From assembly GCA_965248695.1 (NCBI GenBank), contig CBDFKD010000002.1, forward strand, positions 5,344,001 through 5,408,000: a stretch of 64,000 nt of DNA, in the 5' to 3' direction. Both the position numbers and the translations under genes were made by a program. The notes beneath the pieces were generated by a model. The model had not been told where the DNA came from. It saw only the letters and a list, made by a program, of their open reading frames with translations, and searched no databases. The number at the start of each line of letters is the position of its first letter. Position 1 is the first letter of the stretch. This DNA comes from Acidobacteriota bacterium (GTDB taxonomy: Bacteria > Acidobacteriota > UBA890 > WLXD01). This document shows positions 29,739 through 37,743 of the stretch, piece after piece.

Positions 29739-31046
29739 ATCCGACTACCCGCCTTTGCCAGCTCACGAACCGGTCGCGATCCGTGGGGCCAGATCTTTCT
29801 TGGCGTAGCCCTCCTGTGGGCGCTTACGATTCCGCTGTCGATTGCGGTCGCGGAAACGGCGCTCTGGGTGTCGCTGCTGTTGTGGGGCGCGAACTGGCTG
29901 CGCCTCGAACTGGCGAGCACCGGCTCGGTTCCCGATTCACCTGCGCGCGGCCCGGCGGGAGACGTGTTCTCCCTGATCGGCACGCCCCTCATGGCATTCT
30001 GGGGTGTCTCGGTGGCGTCGGCGATTGCGTCACGCGCTCCGGTGGAGAGCCTCTGGTCCCTACGCGAGGTGTTCCTGTTCGCCGCTCCGCTGGTCACCTA
30101 CCTCGCCTATCGACATCCGTCGATGCGGCGCCTGGGATTGCGCGCTCTCGGTATCGGCGTGCTGATAGCCGTCGGGGCGGGCCTGGCGGGAACCGTGATG
30201 GCGGTCCAGCGCGGCGAGTTCCCCGGTCTGTATCGACCGGACGGAACGTTGGGACATTACATGACCTACGCCGGCGCGCTCATGGTGGCCATTCCGACCC
30301 TGATGGTCGTGCGCGACGGCTGGGTCGGTCTGCTGCATCGGGTCATCGCCCTCGGCGCCCTTGTGGTGGTGGGTCTGACGATGACGCGCTCGGCCTGGAT
30401 CGGTTGCGTCGTCGGCCTCGCGCTCTGGTTCGGCCTGCGGTTCGTCCCCGGTCGTTCCACCGACGATGAGCCGCCGCCACGACGCTGGGCGGCCTACGCG
30501 GTGGTCGTCCTCATCGCCCTCGTCGTAGGAGGCATCGTGCTGATGACGCTTGCCGGACCGGAGGCGCTGTATGAGCGCGGTGCGAGCATCTTCTCGCTCG
30601 AAAACCCCACCAACGTCGACCGGCTGGCGATGGCGGCAACCGGACTGCGGATGATCCAGGCGCATCCGCTGTTGGGAGTCGGTCCGGGCCTCATGCCGCG
30701 CGTGTACCCCGCCTGGCGCGTCGACTGGGCGGTGAAGGAAACCAACCCACACCTCCACAACGACGCCCTCCACCTGGCCGCCGAACGCGGCTTGCTGGGG
30801 CTGGCAACCTGGTTGTGGCTGGTGGCCGCTTTTGCGGTCGGAGCCTGGCGAGTGTTGCGACATACCGGGCCGTTCGCCGAGGGCGGGCCCGAAGCACGCG
30901 CGGCATTGTCGGCGCTCGGTGCGTTCCTAACCATGGGACTGTTCGAGTACAACTTCTCGGACTCGGAAGTCCTCATGGTTCTGCTGTTCGCCGCCACGTT
31001 GCCGTTCGCCGCCAGCGCTGGGCTCATGCTGGGCAAAGACGAGTAG
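29739..31046 (+). CDS. O-antigen ligase (WaaL/Wzy_C) family membrane protein; frame is open upstream of the track start 29868
   Basis: [35 protein letters not shown]; upstream in-frame TM segment [21 protein letters not shown]. Confidence 0.8.
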   Translation: MRLPAFASSRTGRDPWGQIFLGVALLWALTIPLSIAVAETALWVSLLLWGANWLRLELASTGSVPDSPARGPAGDVFSLIGTPLMAFWGVSVASAIASRAPVESLWSLREVFLFAAPLVTYLAYRHPSMRRLGLRALGIGVLIAVGAGLAGTVMAVQRGEFPGLYRPDGTLGHYMTYAGALMVAIPTLMVVRDGWVGLLHRVIALGALVVVGLTMTRSAWIGCVVGLALWFGLRFVPGRSTDDEPPPRRWAAYAVVVLIALVVGGIVLMTLAGPEALYERGASIFSLENPTNVDRLAMAATGLRMIQAHPLLGVGPGLMPRVYPAWRVDWAVKETNPHLHNDALHLAAERGLLGLATWLWLVAAFAVGAWRVLRHTGPFAEGGPEARAALSALGAFLTMGLFEYNFSDSEVLMVLLFAATLPFAASAGLMLGKDE

Positions 31047-31052
31047 CGGCAC

Positions 31053-31613
31053 CTACTCCAGGCCGAGCTCCGGCGCGATCGTCTTCAGGGACTCGACGAT
31101 GCGGGCAACATGTTCCTTCAACTCGACGTTGAGGTCCGCAGCACCGGCGCGCAGATGGTCGCGATCGATGGCCCGGCAGAATGCCTTGTCCTTGAACTTC
31201 TTGATGATCGACTTGACCGGGAGATCGACGACAGACTTGCCGGGCCGGACGAGGGCAACAGCAACGATAAACCCGACTAGCTCGTCCACTGCGTAGAGCG
31301 TCTTGTCCAGCCGGCTCTTCCGTTCGACTCCGGTATGGTCGGCGTGGCCGAGGATCGCGTGCACGATCGCGTCGTCATATCCGAGCTGTCGCAGGATCTC
31401 GGCGCCGGCGAAGGGATGTTCTTCCAGCGACGGGTGCTCCTCGTAGTCGAAGTCGTGGAGCAGTCCGACGATTCCCCAGAGATCGGCGTCGGCGTCGAAG
31501 TGCCGCGCGTAGCCGCGCATTGCGGCCTCGACGCCGAGGGCGTGCTTGAGCAGGTTCGGATTCTGCGTGTGCTCGGTGAGCAGGGCCCAGGCCTGCTCCC
31601 GGGTCGGGACCAT
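31053..31613 (-). CDS. HD (HDIG) domain protein
   Basis: KHALGVE, GLLHDFDYE, AILGH, DELVGF. Confidence 0.88.
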   Translation of the reverse strand: MVPTREQAWALLTEHTQNPNLLKHALGVEAAMRGYARHFDADADLWGIVGLLHDFDYEEHPSLEEHPFAGAEILRQLGYDDAIVHAILGHADHTGVERKSRLDKTLYAVDELVGFIVAVALVRPGKSVVDLPVKSIIKKFKDKAFCRAIDRDHLRAGAADLNVELKEHVARIVESLKTIAPELGLE

Positions 31614-31632
31614 CGCTCCGGCCTCTGGCTGC

Positions 31633-32721
31633 CTACTGCCCGGTGCCGAAACCGCCGAGAGGGTTCTCCAGGCTCACAACCGTGGTGCCGTCGCGCGACA
31701 GAAGAGCGTAGCCGTCCATGACGATCTGGACGTTGTCCTGCGATTCCAGGTTCCGCAGGTCACTCGGCGTGAACGCGCGCAGGGTACCGCGCGCCACGAC
31801 GTCCTGTCCGCCAAGCCGATCGAGCGCCCAGTACCATTCCGAAAGCAGTCGTGAGTTGAAGAACACCTGCGCCCGCCGACCCTCTGCGTCCTCGACGACG
31901 AAATACGGGGCGCGCTCGACGAACCGCTTCTCAGTCAGCCGCCCGTCGTATAGATCCACGGTGCCGCCGGCAAGGCGTTGAACCGTCTGGATGTACGTCG
32001 TGTCGTTGGCAAGCTCTTCGAGGGTCGCCGGCATTCCTAGCGGGTGCACGCTGGCGGCGAGACGAAGCTCGTCCGCGGGAATGTACGGCACCTGAATCTC
32101 GTTGCCGTCGACCATCAGCCGCATGAGCTCCAGGGCGTCGAGCTCCTCCTTGTTGAACAGCTCCTCCGCATTGCGGTCCAACGTCGGATTTTGCGGCACC
32201 CATCCGAGCGGGCTCTCGTAGAGACCGTGAACCTGGAGGTCGACCGTCTGACCGACCGTCACGGCGAGCAGATCGAGGTTGTCGCCCGGGATCATGATCT
32301 GGCCGCTGGGAGGCGGTCCTTCTTGCTGGAAGCTGAGGGCTGGCTCGTCGGCCGCCTCATCCTGCCCTTCGGCCGTGTCCTCCCCGCCCGCGTCGTCGGG
32401 CGCGGTCGACACCGGTGGCGGCGCGGTGGTCGCCGGAGCGGCGGTTCCGTCGACGAGCAGAATCGAGTCCTGGTCGATATGGACCACCTGCAGCCCGGTA
32501 ACCACGACCTCGATGCTCGAGGGCGGGACGCTAAGCGCGTGCAGCATGAAGGGTCGCGGATGGCTCGGGCTGGCGAGGTACTCGGCCATCGTCAACTGCT
32601 GCGGCGACTTCAGGTAGAAGTCGGTGAAATACGGCACCGCGAAGATGTAGTAAACGAAGGCCGCTGCCAGCAACAGTAGGAGCCAGTTCAGCGGATCTGT
32701 CAGGGTCTTTTTGAGCGCCAT
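31633..32721 (-). CDS. Hypothetical membrane-anchored protein
   Basis: Single N-terminal TM segment, acidic Pro/Ala linker, coding-like codon usage; no family recognised. Confidence 0.7.
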   Translation of the reverse strand: MALKKTLTDPLNWLLLLLAAAFVYYIFAVPYFTDFYLKSPQQLTMAEYLASPSHPRPFMLHALSVPPSSIEVVVTGLQVVHIDQDSILLVDGTAAPATTAPPPVSTAPDDAGGEDTAEGQDEAADEPALSFQQEGPPPSGQIMIPGDNLDLLAVTVGQTVDLQVHGLYESPLGWVPQNPTLDRNAEELFNKEELDALELMRLMVDGNEIQVPYIPADELRLAASVHPLGMPATLEELANDTTYIQTVQRLAGGTVDLYDGRLTEKRFVERAPYFVVEDAEGRRAQVFFNSRLLSEWYWALDRLGGQDVVARGTLRAFTPSDLRNLESQDNVQIVMDGYALLSRDGTTVVSLENPLGGFGTGQ

Positions 32722-32865
32722 CGGGCCGCTCCCGCGGGACGTGATTCGGGGTTCGTGGGATTGCTTGTGTTGGGCAAGCTTGGCAGAGATGCCAGCGGGG
32801 TATTTCGAGGCTGGCGCATTATATGCGCCCAAACCGAGACATGTCGAGTTGCGTTGAAAAACACC

Positions 32866-33849
32866 TTATCCGGAGCGTGCGAAGCGTGTCACGTCGTCCC
32901 GCTTGCCCAGGACGATCAATATCGAGTCGGCCTCCAGCTGGTAGCCCGGTGCCGGATTGAACTTCATTTCACCACCGGTACCCATGACACCGACGACGAT
33001 CAGTCCGAAGTCACGCCGGATGTTGCACTGCTCGATCGACTTGCCAATGAGGGACGAACCGGCAGGAACGCTGAACTCGTCGAGTTGTAGGTCGAGCCCC
33101 TGACTGGTCGTCACCGTGTCGGTGAAATCGACCGTGTGCGGCCGGGTGACGGAGTTCGACATGGATCGTGCCCCGATGCGCTCGGGAGAAACGACCCGGT
33201 CTGCGCTGGCCGCGAGGAGTCGGCGGTCACCCTGCTCCGTGACGCTGCGAGCGATGATCTGCAACCCGGTGCAGATATCGCGCGCCAGCAATGTCACGTA
33301 CAGGTTATCGGCCTCGTGCGACAACGTCAGCAGCAGGCCCCGAGCTCGCTCGATACCCGCCGCCCGCAGCACACTTTCCTCCACCGCGTTGCCGTGCAGG
33401 TACGGTATGCCCGCGGCAGCCGGATCGCCAAGCGCCTCTGCGTCGTTGTCGACCACGAGCACCGCCACGCCGTCCGCGACCAGGTGCCGACAGGCCTCCC
33501 TACCCACGCGACCGTAGCCACAGATGATGTAGTGCGCGGTGAGATTGGAGATCTCCTTGTCCATTCTTCTTCTCCCGACGACTCGTCGGAGGTCGCCCTC
33601 GATCGCCAGACGCGAGAGCATCGCCGCTACATAGAGAAATGCGCTCGCTCCAGTGAGAATCAAGGTCATCGTCAGGAACCTGCCGCCGGTCCCCAACGGT
33701 CGGACCTCCTGAAAACCTACGGTGCTCAGGGTCAAGATGACCATGTACAGACTATCGACCAGTGTCCAGCGTTCGACGATCATGTAGCCGGCCGTGCCGG
33801 CCGTCAGGATCAAGGCGATCGCTACCACGCCCAGGCGAGTCGATTGCAT
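32866..33849 (-). CDS. Potassium channel protein (ion-transport pore plus TrkA-N/TrkA-C RCK domains); start uncertain
   Basis: TLSTVGFQEV selectivity filter, ICGYGRVG Rossmann motif, FNPAP TrkA-C. Confidence 0.9.
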   Translation of the reverse strand: MQSTRLGVVAIALILTAGTAGYMIVERWTLVDSLYMVILTLSTVGFQEVRPLGTGGRFLTMTLILTGASAFLYVAAMLSRLAIEGDLRRVVGRRRMDKEISNLTAHYIICGYGRVGREACRHLVADGVAVLVVDNDAEALGDPAAAGIPYLHGNAVEESVLRAAGIERARGLLLTLSHEADNLYVTLLARDICTGLQIIARSVTEQGDRRLLAASADRVVSPERIGARSMSNSVTRPHTVDFTDTVTTSQGLDLQLDEFSVPAGSSLIGKSIEQCNIRRDFGLIVVGVMGTGGEMKFNPAPGYQLEADSILIVLGKRDDVTRFARSG

Positions 33850-33913
33850 GCGCCGGCGATGTTCGACGTCGTTGACCGCGTACAGGGGTGCCGTCGGTAT
33901 CGACGTCAACGGT

Positions 33914-34396
33914 TCAGCCGAGCTCACCGTCGTGGATCGTGCGGAAGCTAAGAACCTCGTAGTTGCGGTCTCCGCGCGGTGTCTGAACCGTGATCTCGTC
34001 GCCGTCGGCTCTCCCTGACAGGGCCCGGCCGATCGGCGAGGTAACCGAGATACGGCCCGCTTTCGGATCCGTGTCATCGGCGGAAACGAGCCGGTAGGAG
34101 ATCTCCTCGTCATTGTCGAGGTCGAGCAGCTCCACTGTTGATCCGAAGCCGATCGAGTCGCGCGGGATCATCGCGGTGTTCATGCCCGATATGGCCTGTC
34201 GCTTTTGGTACAGGCGCAAGAGCAGCGCGGTGACCGTGTCCTTGCGGTCCTTGGCCGCCTCGTGCTCGGCGTTCTCACTGAGATCGCCGTGGGCGGCAGC
34301 TTCCGCCAGCTGGCGTGGGAGCTCCACTTTGAGCTCACGCTCCAGAACGCTGACTTCGGCCTCGAGCCGCTTCAGGAGGTCTTCACGAATACCCAT
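33914..34396 (-). CDS. greA: Transcription elongation factor GreA
   Basis: HGDLSENAE, ISVTSPIGRAL, TPRG. Confidence 0.93.
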   Translation of the reverse strand: MGIREDLLKRLEAEVSVLERELKVELPRQLAEAAAHGDLSENAEHEAAKDRKDTVTALLLRLYQKRQAISGMNTAMIPRDSIGFGSTVELLDLDNDEEISYRLVSADDTDPKAGRISVTSPIGRALSGRADGDEITVQTPRGDRNYEVLSFRTIHDGELG

Positions 34397-34477
34397 CGGC
34401 GGGATCCTGTTTGGCTGGACGATTTGTGGGTTCTCGGCGACGACGTGCGAGCTGCCTCGTCTAGTCGATTGGAGCGC

Positions 34478-35533
34478 TCAACGTCGGACGCGTGCCAGGG
34501 CAACTACTGCTGCCTCCGACGTGTTGTCGAGATGGAGGGACTGCCTGTAAGCGCGTTCCGCCTCGGTCAGCTGATGCTGCATTTCCAGTGACAGACCGAG
34601 GTTATACCAAGCGCCAGCGTCCCGAGAGCGCCGCTCGATCACGTGACGAAACGCCCTCTCCGCAGGGCCGTAGTCCTGCAGCAGGAGTGCTGCGGTGCCC
34701 CTGGTCATCCAGGCGTCAAGATCCTCGGGCACACGGCTCAAATGGTCCGCTAGCACCTCGACGGCGGCCGCTGGCTGGTCGTTGGCGATCAGCGCACGCG
34801 CCAGATCGTAGCGCGCATATCGGTAGTCAGGCGACAGATCCAGCGCCTTCTCGAAGTCGTCGATAGCGTCGGCGTAACGCTCGTCCAGGTAGGCCGTTAT
34901 GCCCCGATAGGTCCAATACGCGGGATTGTCGGGTAGCGGCGCCCCGACGCGCACCGTGGTGCCCGAAACCGACCCGTGGTGCGGCTCGTCCTCTGGCAAG
35001 GATTCGGGCGGCATCTCTGTGTACAGGGTCTCGATGCCGTCAATGAGCGCCGGGTCGAGCACGCGCACGAAGATCTCGGTCAGGTAGATCTGGAAGTCGT
35101 CAACCCGCACCGCGCCCAGACCTACGTGGGTGAAGGCCGGGTCCATCCGATTCAGCCGATGCCCCTCGCTGACCTGCAACGCCGCGTGCAGCGCCTCGGC
35201 GCCGCGATTCCGGGCAACGTTCTCACCGAACTGCATCACGCGCGGGAACGCGAGCTTGAGACGCGTCTCGGTGCCTACACCGTGGAGAAACGAATGATGG
35301 GTCACGACGCCCCTGGCGGCCATCTCTCGACTGTGCTGGTAGGCCAGCAGGTCCAGATCCGCGTGCCCTTCGAGCTCCCCCATCCCGGCCTCGGCGCGCG
35401 CCGCGTTCAGCATGCCGAGCACGGCGCCGCCGACCCCGGCTTCCATCTCCGTCGGATACGCGACCGGGTCCGTTTGCCCATCGGCGACGCCGCAGAAGCA
35501 AACGAAGATGGCAGCGGTCGCGAGACGGCTCAT
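34478..35533 (-). CDS. Secreted CAP (SCP) domain protein with C-terminal TPR repeats
   Basis: LNAARAEAG, HSREMA, GENVA, SEGHRLN, FTHVGLG, followed by TPRs (AWYNLGLSL). Confidence 0.8.
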   Translation of the reverse strand: MSRLATAAIFVCFCGVADGQTDPVAYPTEMEAGVGGAVLGMLNAARAEAGMGELEGHADLDLLAYQHSREMAARGVVTHHSFLHGVGTETRLKLAFPRVMQFGENVARNRGAEALHAALQVSEGHRLNRMDPAFTHVGLGAVRVDDFQIYLTEIFVRVLDPALIDGIETLYTEMPPESLPEDEPHHGSVSGTTVRVGAPLPDNPAYWTYRGITAYLDERYADAIDDFEKALDLSPDYRYARYDLARALIANDQPAAAVEVLADHLSRVPEDLDAWMTRGTAALLLQDYGPAERAFRHVIERRSRDAGAWYNLGLSLEMQHQLTEAERAYRQSLHLDNTSEAAVVALARVRR

Positions 35534-35982
35534 GAGAACAGCAGCGCCAAGGCTCCGCATGCCAGGTTGAACTGCATGCTCAGGACAGAGGCTCGATGCA
35601 GTTGATCGAATTGCGCGTCGCCGGAAGTTCGCCCCTCGGCGCGCAGCCGCCGCAGGCGCGGCGCGACCACGCGGGCGGAGTAGATCGCGCTGGCGCTCAT
35701 CATGGCGATGCATACGTACTCGATGGCATACCAGGGGGACAGCCGACCGAACCAGGCCACCAATAGGGGGCTCGTGATCCACAGGAACAGTATGCACCCC
35801 ATGACCACCGCATCGAAACGACGCAGGATCGCCGACATGATGCGGCCGGCCTCCTGCCGGCTGGATGCGGTGCGAAAGACCGCCGGCGCGGCAACGATCC
35901 CGACGGCAACCATGCCGCCGATCCAGATCCCGAGCGCGGCCGTATGCAGGAAATGGAGCGTCAAGTAGGTCCAGTTCGGCAT
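35530..35982 (-). CDS. DUF4149-like membrane protein
   Basis: WIGGMVAVGIVAAPAVF, FDQLHRASV; SD GGAGG upstream of ATG 35982. Confidence 0.75.
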   Translation of the reverse strand: MPNWTYLTLHFLHTAALGIWIGGMVAVGIVAAPAVFRTASSRQEAGRIMSAILRRFDAVVMGCILFLWITSPLLVAWFGRLSPWYAIEYVCIAMMSASAIYSARVVAPRLRRLRAEGRTSGDAQFDQLHRASVLSMQFNLACGALALLFS

Positions 35983-36032
35983 CGACTCGTTCCTCCGGTC
36001 ATCGAATGCGAGCCCCGTCATGCTGCCCGACC

Positions 36033-37730
36033 TCACCCATCCGAGCCTATCAGCGCCAAGAAGTCACCTGCACTCCGAGTGTTCGCCACCTGCTCCGGGC
36101 CGAGCCCGGCACGCCGTGCCATCGCCACCCCGAGCCGCATGTGATCGAGGCCGACGACGTCGTGAGCATCCGTCGAAATCACCACTTGGGCACCCACCTC
36201 GGCCGCCAAGCGCAGGTTTGTCGCGCCCAGGTCGAGGCGCTGCGGGTGGGCGTTGCATTCGAGCAGGACGCCGCGATCACGAGCGGCGCTGAAGACGCGC
36301 TCCAGCTCCAGCGAAGACGACTCGCGGCGGTTCAGCCGCCGGCCCGTGGGATGCGCCAGCACGTGCACGTTGGGGTTGTCGAGCGCCCGTAGCAGGCGAA
36401 GGGTCATCACGTCGCGTGCCTGGTCCATTTGAGAGTGAACCGCGGCAACGACGCACTCGGCGTCCGCCAGGCAGGCGTCGTCGAGATCCAGTCTGCCGTC
36501 CTCGAGTATGTCGACCTCAACGCCACGGAGTAGACGAAAACCGTTGAGGCGGCTGTTGAGCGCTTCGATCTCGGCCCACTGGCGTGCCAGACGGCGGGCG
36601 TCGAGCCCCCCGGGCATTCGTTTCGAGTGATCGGTGATCACGGCGTAGTCATAACGCCGTGCCGCCGCCGTGGCCATGACATCGATCTCGGCGCGTCCGT
36701 CGCTGGCGGTGGTGTGCATCTGGCAGTCGCCACGAATTTCGTCGAGCTGCACCAGTTTTGGCAAGCTCCCGAGAGCCGCCGCTTCGACGCTGCCGTGGTG
36801 CGCTCTGAGCTCGGGAGGGACGACCGGCAGTCCGGCGGCAGCATAGACCTGCCGCTCAGTTGCCAGGTTGTCGAATGCGACCGGTGCTCCGCCAGCCGAT
36901 CTGTCCGCACGATCCTGCACCCGTCGGCGAACGGCGCTCGTATGCTCATCGGGGCCGGTACTCGCACACCAGACACTTCCAAAGGACTGTCGAGCGGTCA
37001 CCTGAAGCTCGACGATGGCACCGTCGGCCAATCGCACACGCGCGCGACTGTCCTCATGGATCAGCAGCTGCTCGACGTCGTCGCGGACAACGAAACGATC
37101 CACCGGATCGACTGCACGCTTGCAGGCGGCCAGCAGATCGATGCGGTCCACAGTTGCCTCGCGTCGCCGAACCGCACCGGCAATCTCGACACGCTCGACA
37201 CCGTCGTGCTCACGGAGCTGTGCGACAAGAGCCTCAGCACGCGGAAGCGCGTCTCCGAGGAGCATCCGCACTCCCTCGGTTCGCCGTCGGTGCAGAGCGC
37301 GCAATATGCGCGCCTGCGTCTTCGTGCCGAGGCCGGGTACCTGCTGCAGCGCTCCGTCTGCCGCCGCCCTGGCGAGATCCTCGATCGATCCGATGCCCAG
37401 TGTCTGGGCCATGGCGCGAGCCCTTTTGGGGCCGATACCCGGCAATCGAACGACCTCCAACAAGCCGCCCGCATTCCCGGCGAGCAACTCGGCGTGCTCG
37501 CGACAAGCGCCGGTATCGAGCAGCTCCTCGAGCTTGGCGGCAATCGCTTTTCCGACGTGCTGCAGATCGCCCAGCTGCTGGGTCCGTCGTATCTCGGCTA
37601 GCGGTTGGCCGAGGCCACGGAGCGACTCGGCTGCCAGCCGATAGGCGCGCACGCGGAAGACGCTCTCGCCCTGAATCTCGCGAACGTCGGCGATTTCATC
37701 GAGGACGCGTGCGATGTCCGCGTTGCGCAC
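36033..37730 (-). CDS. polX: PolX family protein with PHP domain (non-canonical polymerase site)
   Basis: FRVRAYR, HhH GIGPK; PHP motifs QMHTTASDG, ITDHS, AHPTGR, STDAH. Confidence 0.9.
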   Translation of the reverse strand: MRNADIARVLDEIADVREIQGESVFRVRAYRLAAESLRGLGQPLAEIRRTQQLGDLQHVGKAIAAKLEELLDTGACREHAELLAGNAGGLLEVVRLPGIGPKRARAMAQTLGIGSIEDLARAAADGALQQVPGLGTKTQARILRALHRRRTEGVRMLLGDALPRAEALVAQLREHDGVERVEIAGAVRRREATVDRIDLLAACKRAVDPVDRFVVRDDVEQLLIHEDSRARVRLADGAIVELQVTARQSFGSVWCASTGPDEHTSAVRRRVQDRADRSAGGAPVAFDNLATERQVYAAAGLPVVPPELRAHHGSVEAAALGSLPKLVQLDEIRGDCQMHTTASDGRAEIDVMATAAARRYDYAVITDHSKRMPGGLDARRLARQWAEIEALNSRLNGFRLLRGVEVDILEDGRLDLDDACLADAECVVAAVHSQMDQARDVMTLRLLRALDNPNVHVLAHPTGRRLNRRESSSLELERVFSAARDRGVLLECNAHPQRLDLGATNLRLAAEVGAQVVISTDAHDVVGLDHMRLGVAMARRAGLGPEQVANTRSAGDFLALIGSDG

Positions 37731-37743
37731 GGTGAACCACCGG

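Noticed and set aside
33850-34113. Long overlap between the potassium channel ORF and greA
   Set aside because: The extension is not channel-like; the true start is probably near 33849, downstream of greA
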